Source of the DNA: Rhizaria sp. SCN 62-66
Taxonomy: Eukaryota
Assembly: GCA_001724265.1 (NCBI GenBank)
Contig: MEDY01000115.1
Span: 1-64,000, forward strand
DNA: 64,000 nt
Direction of reading: 5' to 3'
The notes under the pieces are model-generated. The model was not told where the DNA came from and ran no database searches. It worked only from the letters and a program-made list of their open reading frames with translations. The position numbers and the translations under genes were made by a program. Below, one piece after another: positions 60,990 through 64,000 of this stretch. Each line of letters starts with the position of its first letter. The first letter of the stretch is position 1.

Positions 60990-63203
60990 TCAGTCTGACA
61001 TTGGGCTCGCGACGCGGCCAGTGTAACCGTCCATGCCTCCCCAACCGCCCGCAAGCGCTGTTGCAAGGTCCCCTGCCCACGTCGGCAGCACCGCAATCAT
61101 GGCCACGCAAAACTGCATGTGCCACGGCAGCCACATCTCGCTCCCACCAGTGCTTGGTTCGTAGCACACACCGATAGAAGGCGAGTTGGAACACTGGTTG
61201 GACGCGTTACTTGAGTTTTTAACGCTCTTACCTGCAGTAGTCTCGTCATTCTTTGTCACATCACCGATATAACTCGACGCGTTTGCAAGGGATGTCGCCG
61301 TTTTACGAGTCAATTTGACCGCGTTAGTGGATGCACGTGTGACATCACGCATAATAGCGTCTGCCACAGCTTCGGCCTTTAGGGGCGGGAATATAAGCCG
61401 CACCCACAGAGGCAGCGTGATGCCAGCGAACATCTGCGTGTCGATATGCCACGGTAACACAGTCAGAGTACGCAGGAGCGGTGATAGCGAGCTCGGTAAG
61501 CCACAACTCGTCGCGCTGTGGTCGGGACGCTGTTGTTGCAACTGCTGAACAGTCGCTTGTTGGTTCTGCTGTCCAGACTTGAGCTCCTGGTGTTGCTGTT
61601 GTTGCTGTTGCTACTGTTGTTGATGATGTTGCTGTTGTGCAAGCTGTTGCAGCCAGCGCGGCGGAGGCACCACGCAAGCTAATGGGGTTGCGCCATAAAC
61701 CCACTCGAGGAATCTAAGTACCCCCTTAGACTTCGAGACACCACCACATACATTTACATCCTTCGAGCTTGACAATGTCGAGGACGTCTCCTTGAGTGAA
61801 TCCAGCCGGTGTGCGCGCATTGCATGGGTTAACGCTGCCTTGGATGCAACGTAATCACTGAGACCGGCGGCATACGACGAAGCTGAAGCGGATGATACAG
61901 CGATGAACTGGAATTGCGGCCATGGAGCCCAGATCTTCTGTTCGTTGGTGCTAGAAACAGCATTAGCGCTCGCAACATTAGCGTTCGCATTGTCTAGCTC
62001 GATATTGGGACTCTTGTTCATCAACACGCTTGCCTTGGTGATTGCATTCGTATTATTCGTGTTTGATGCAAGATAATGATGTGAAGCGTGCTGACGGTAG
62101 TCTTGGGCGTACGTGCTATACATCAACGAGAGTAGCTTCATTGGTGCAAACGCATTCACCGCCAGAGTGCGCTCCCACTCACTCATCTGAGGTTGAGTGT
62201 TCGTCGCGTCTAAGGGGGTACTTAGAGCGGGGTTAGCCTTCGACCAAGCAGGACCCGTCGTCACTCTACCGGCGTTGCTAATGATGACATGTGGCAGAGC
62301 AACACTATCCTGGCCCAAAGCAGCCGCAGCAGCAATGACACTGACACTAGCAGCAGCTGCTGCAACATCAACTTTGGCTGCTGTTGTTGTGAATGCGGGG
62401 GTGGTGGCGAGAGGCAAGGCACGCCATGCCGCTGCGAGCGCACTGGAATCAGCCACATCGACGACAAACGCCGTCACAAAGACGTCATTTTTCGGAACCA
62501 CGGGCTCGGGGAACGCAGCTGGCACGGCGGGGTAGTACGCATCGGCAGATTTAGGGCTTGCAAAAACATCATCGTCATCGTCAGCGTTGGTCTCGTCGTT
62601 GTCGTTGGTGATGACGACACAGTCACTTGCTGTTGTCGGAACTGTGCCAGGCGCAATCTCAATGTCACCAGCAGTACCACAAATCTTAACACAAGGCACG
62701 TGCTTATGAGTCGGTCTAGTGCCATTGCTGTCTTTACAGTTGTGCTTTGAGCGCGGCTTTGCGGAGGCAATGTGTCGTTCGAAGAGGGTGACTCGACAGC
62801 CTTGCTTGATGAGAGCAGTGCAGAGCTTCCGGAGCGCGGGCTCGTCGTTATCCCAGAGAACAACGTGACGCGCACCGGCGTCAAGAACACGGCGAGCGAG
62901 GAGCACGCCGAGACCTCCGGCAGCGCCAGTTAAGAGGACAGTTTGCGAGGCCAAAGGGGGCAATCCGATAGCACCTTCTTTGCTGACGGTGCCAGCACTG
63001 GGGAGAAATGAGGAGAAGATACGTGTGCGCATTTTGAGATATAACGCATATAGCGGTTCGGCAGCGTGTAGTAATATGACGACAGTAAGTGCGCATAATG
63101 TGGCAACGCCAGTCGCGTGCACGAGGGCGTCTAAAAGCCCCATGAGCCACTGCGCTGCTCCTGCGCGAACTGAAGGCATGAAAGTGTCGGGGAAGTGAAG
63201 CAT
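60990..63203 (-). CDS. Membrane-anchored short-chain dehydrogenase/reductase (RDH10/17beta-HSD11-like), 737 aa, intronless, with one in-frame TAG at 61611-61613
   Basis: TVLLTGAAGGLG, VVLWD, VDVAD, IISNAG, TLAVNAF, VSSAS and YVASKAA lie before the TAG. LRTLTVLPWHIDTQMFAG..PPLKAEAVADAI lies after it in the same frame. Ends at TGA. Confidence 0.85.
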
Positions 63204-63553
63204 AATGAGAAATTAAAGGAATTAAATAACAAATTTAAAATGTATATGTGTAACTAAAACTAAGTATCACTTGATCATTTCTTTTGACGATCGCAACCGA
63301 AAGATAACGTGGAAAACAAAACATCCCTTCCTTCACTGGCTCCAGCCGTACTGAAGACTCAAAGGAAACATCAAAAATTGCGGTATTTTAACATAAACTC
63401 ACTCAACTTGCGTTGGTATGACACAAATCTCCGTGTTCTGCTTGTGGCGGTTATCTCACACACTATAGCAAGATTTAATACTGATATGGAGCTATATAGG
63501 CCTCATTTTTTCTTGCTTCACGCTTGGTTGCGATCGTCTTTTCTCACCCACTG

Positions 63554-64000
63554 TTAATCAAGTTTGTCGTTCTTATCATTGTTCTTCTTGTTCGCAAGAG
63601 AGTGCAGCGTCTGCCCTAACGGCGTGCGCGCAGGCACTCCCTTGAACTCAACCTCAGTGCTTGCAACTCGAGAGCTACTGGTGACACTTGGGCTCTCGCT
63701 CACATCACCTCTATCACTGATGCTGCTGTTGTTGTACGCGTCGCCGTCATCGATAATGGGCGCCTGACCCTCAGGCGTGGTGCTGAAGTACTCCGCAACT
63801 TTGTTATAGTACGGGTCAACCGGAGGCCGCTTCGTTAAAATGCTGTGCAACACGTCCTTATCGTCGGCACTACTGATGTCGTCGGATGTGTCATCGTCAG
63901 CTGCGACAGCATCCATGCTCGACGCAATATCACCGCTGGCAGTACCAGTGTTGACAGCGTTGTTGTTGCTAGCAGCGAAGACACCGGCGGAGGCACCGGT
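63554..64000 (-). CDS. 3' end of a hypothetical protein running off the window
   Basis: Frame is open from 64000 to TAA at 63554; Asp/Ser/Asn-rich with genome-typical codons. Confidence 0.6.
   Translation of the reverse strand, partial: TGASAGVFAASNNNAVNTGTASGDIASSMDAVAADDDTSDDISSADDKDVLHSILTKRPPVDPYYNKVAEYFSTTPEGQAPIIDDGDAYNNSSISDRGDVSESPSVTSSSRVASTEVEFKGVPARTPLGQTLHSLANKKNNDKNDKLD

Noticed and set aside
1-64000. tRNA (including a CUA suppressor), rRNA, snRNA genes and CRISPR arrays
   Set aside because: None recognised by eye. A covariance-model search would be needed to exclude small RNAs.

Overview
Gene-dense nuclear DNA of a eukaryotic microbe, probably an aerobic flagellated protist: it has GT-AG introns, mitochondrion-type presequences, a dynein light chain and ciliary-type motifs. 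I cannot name the taxon. I reconstructed about 18 protein-coding genes by hand, and the exon lengths of every spliced model sum to whole codons. They include an SDF2-like MIR protein, an Aat/ATEL1-like aminoacyl-tRNA-protein transferase, an ERI1-family exonuclease, LC8, an OFA-family MFS transporter, a 3,050-aa Tudor/MBT-like protein, a 4,119-aa BCAS3/ATG18-like protein, LSM1, an HMG-box plus Csm1-like protein, a 2-Cys peroxiredoxin, ACAD8 and an SDR. There are also decayed paralogs of a surface protein. The main finding is evidence for a non-standard nuclear genetic code in which UAG is a sense codon, most likely Gln, while UAA and UGA remain stops. A 2.8-kb frame is broken only by four TAGs, an SDR gene has a TAG inside a CAA/CAG poly-Gln tract upstream of conserved SDR sequence, and none of the 18 gene models ends in TAG. 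The second finding is an unusual 5' splice-site consensus, GTACG(T) in 25 of 33 introns, while canonical GTAAGT recurs apparently unspliced inside exons. All family assignments come from motif recognition, not database searches.
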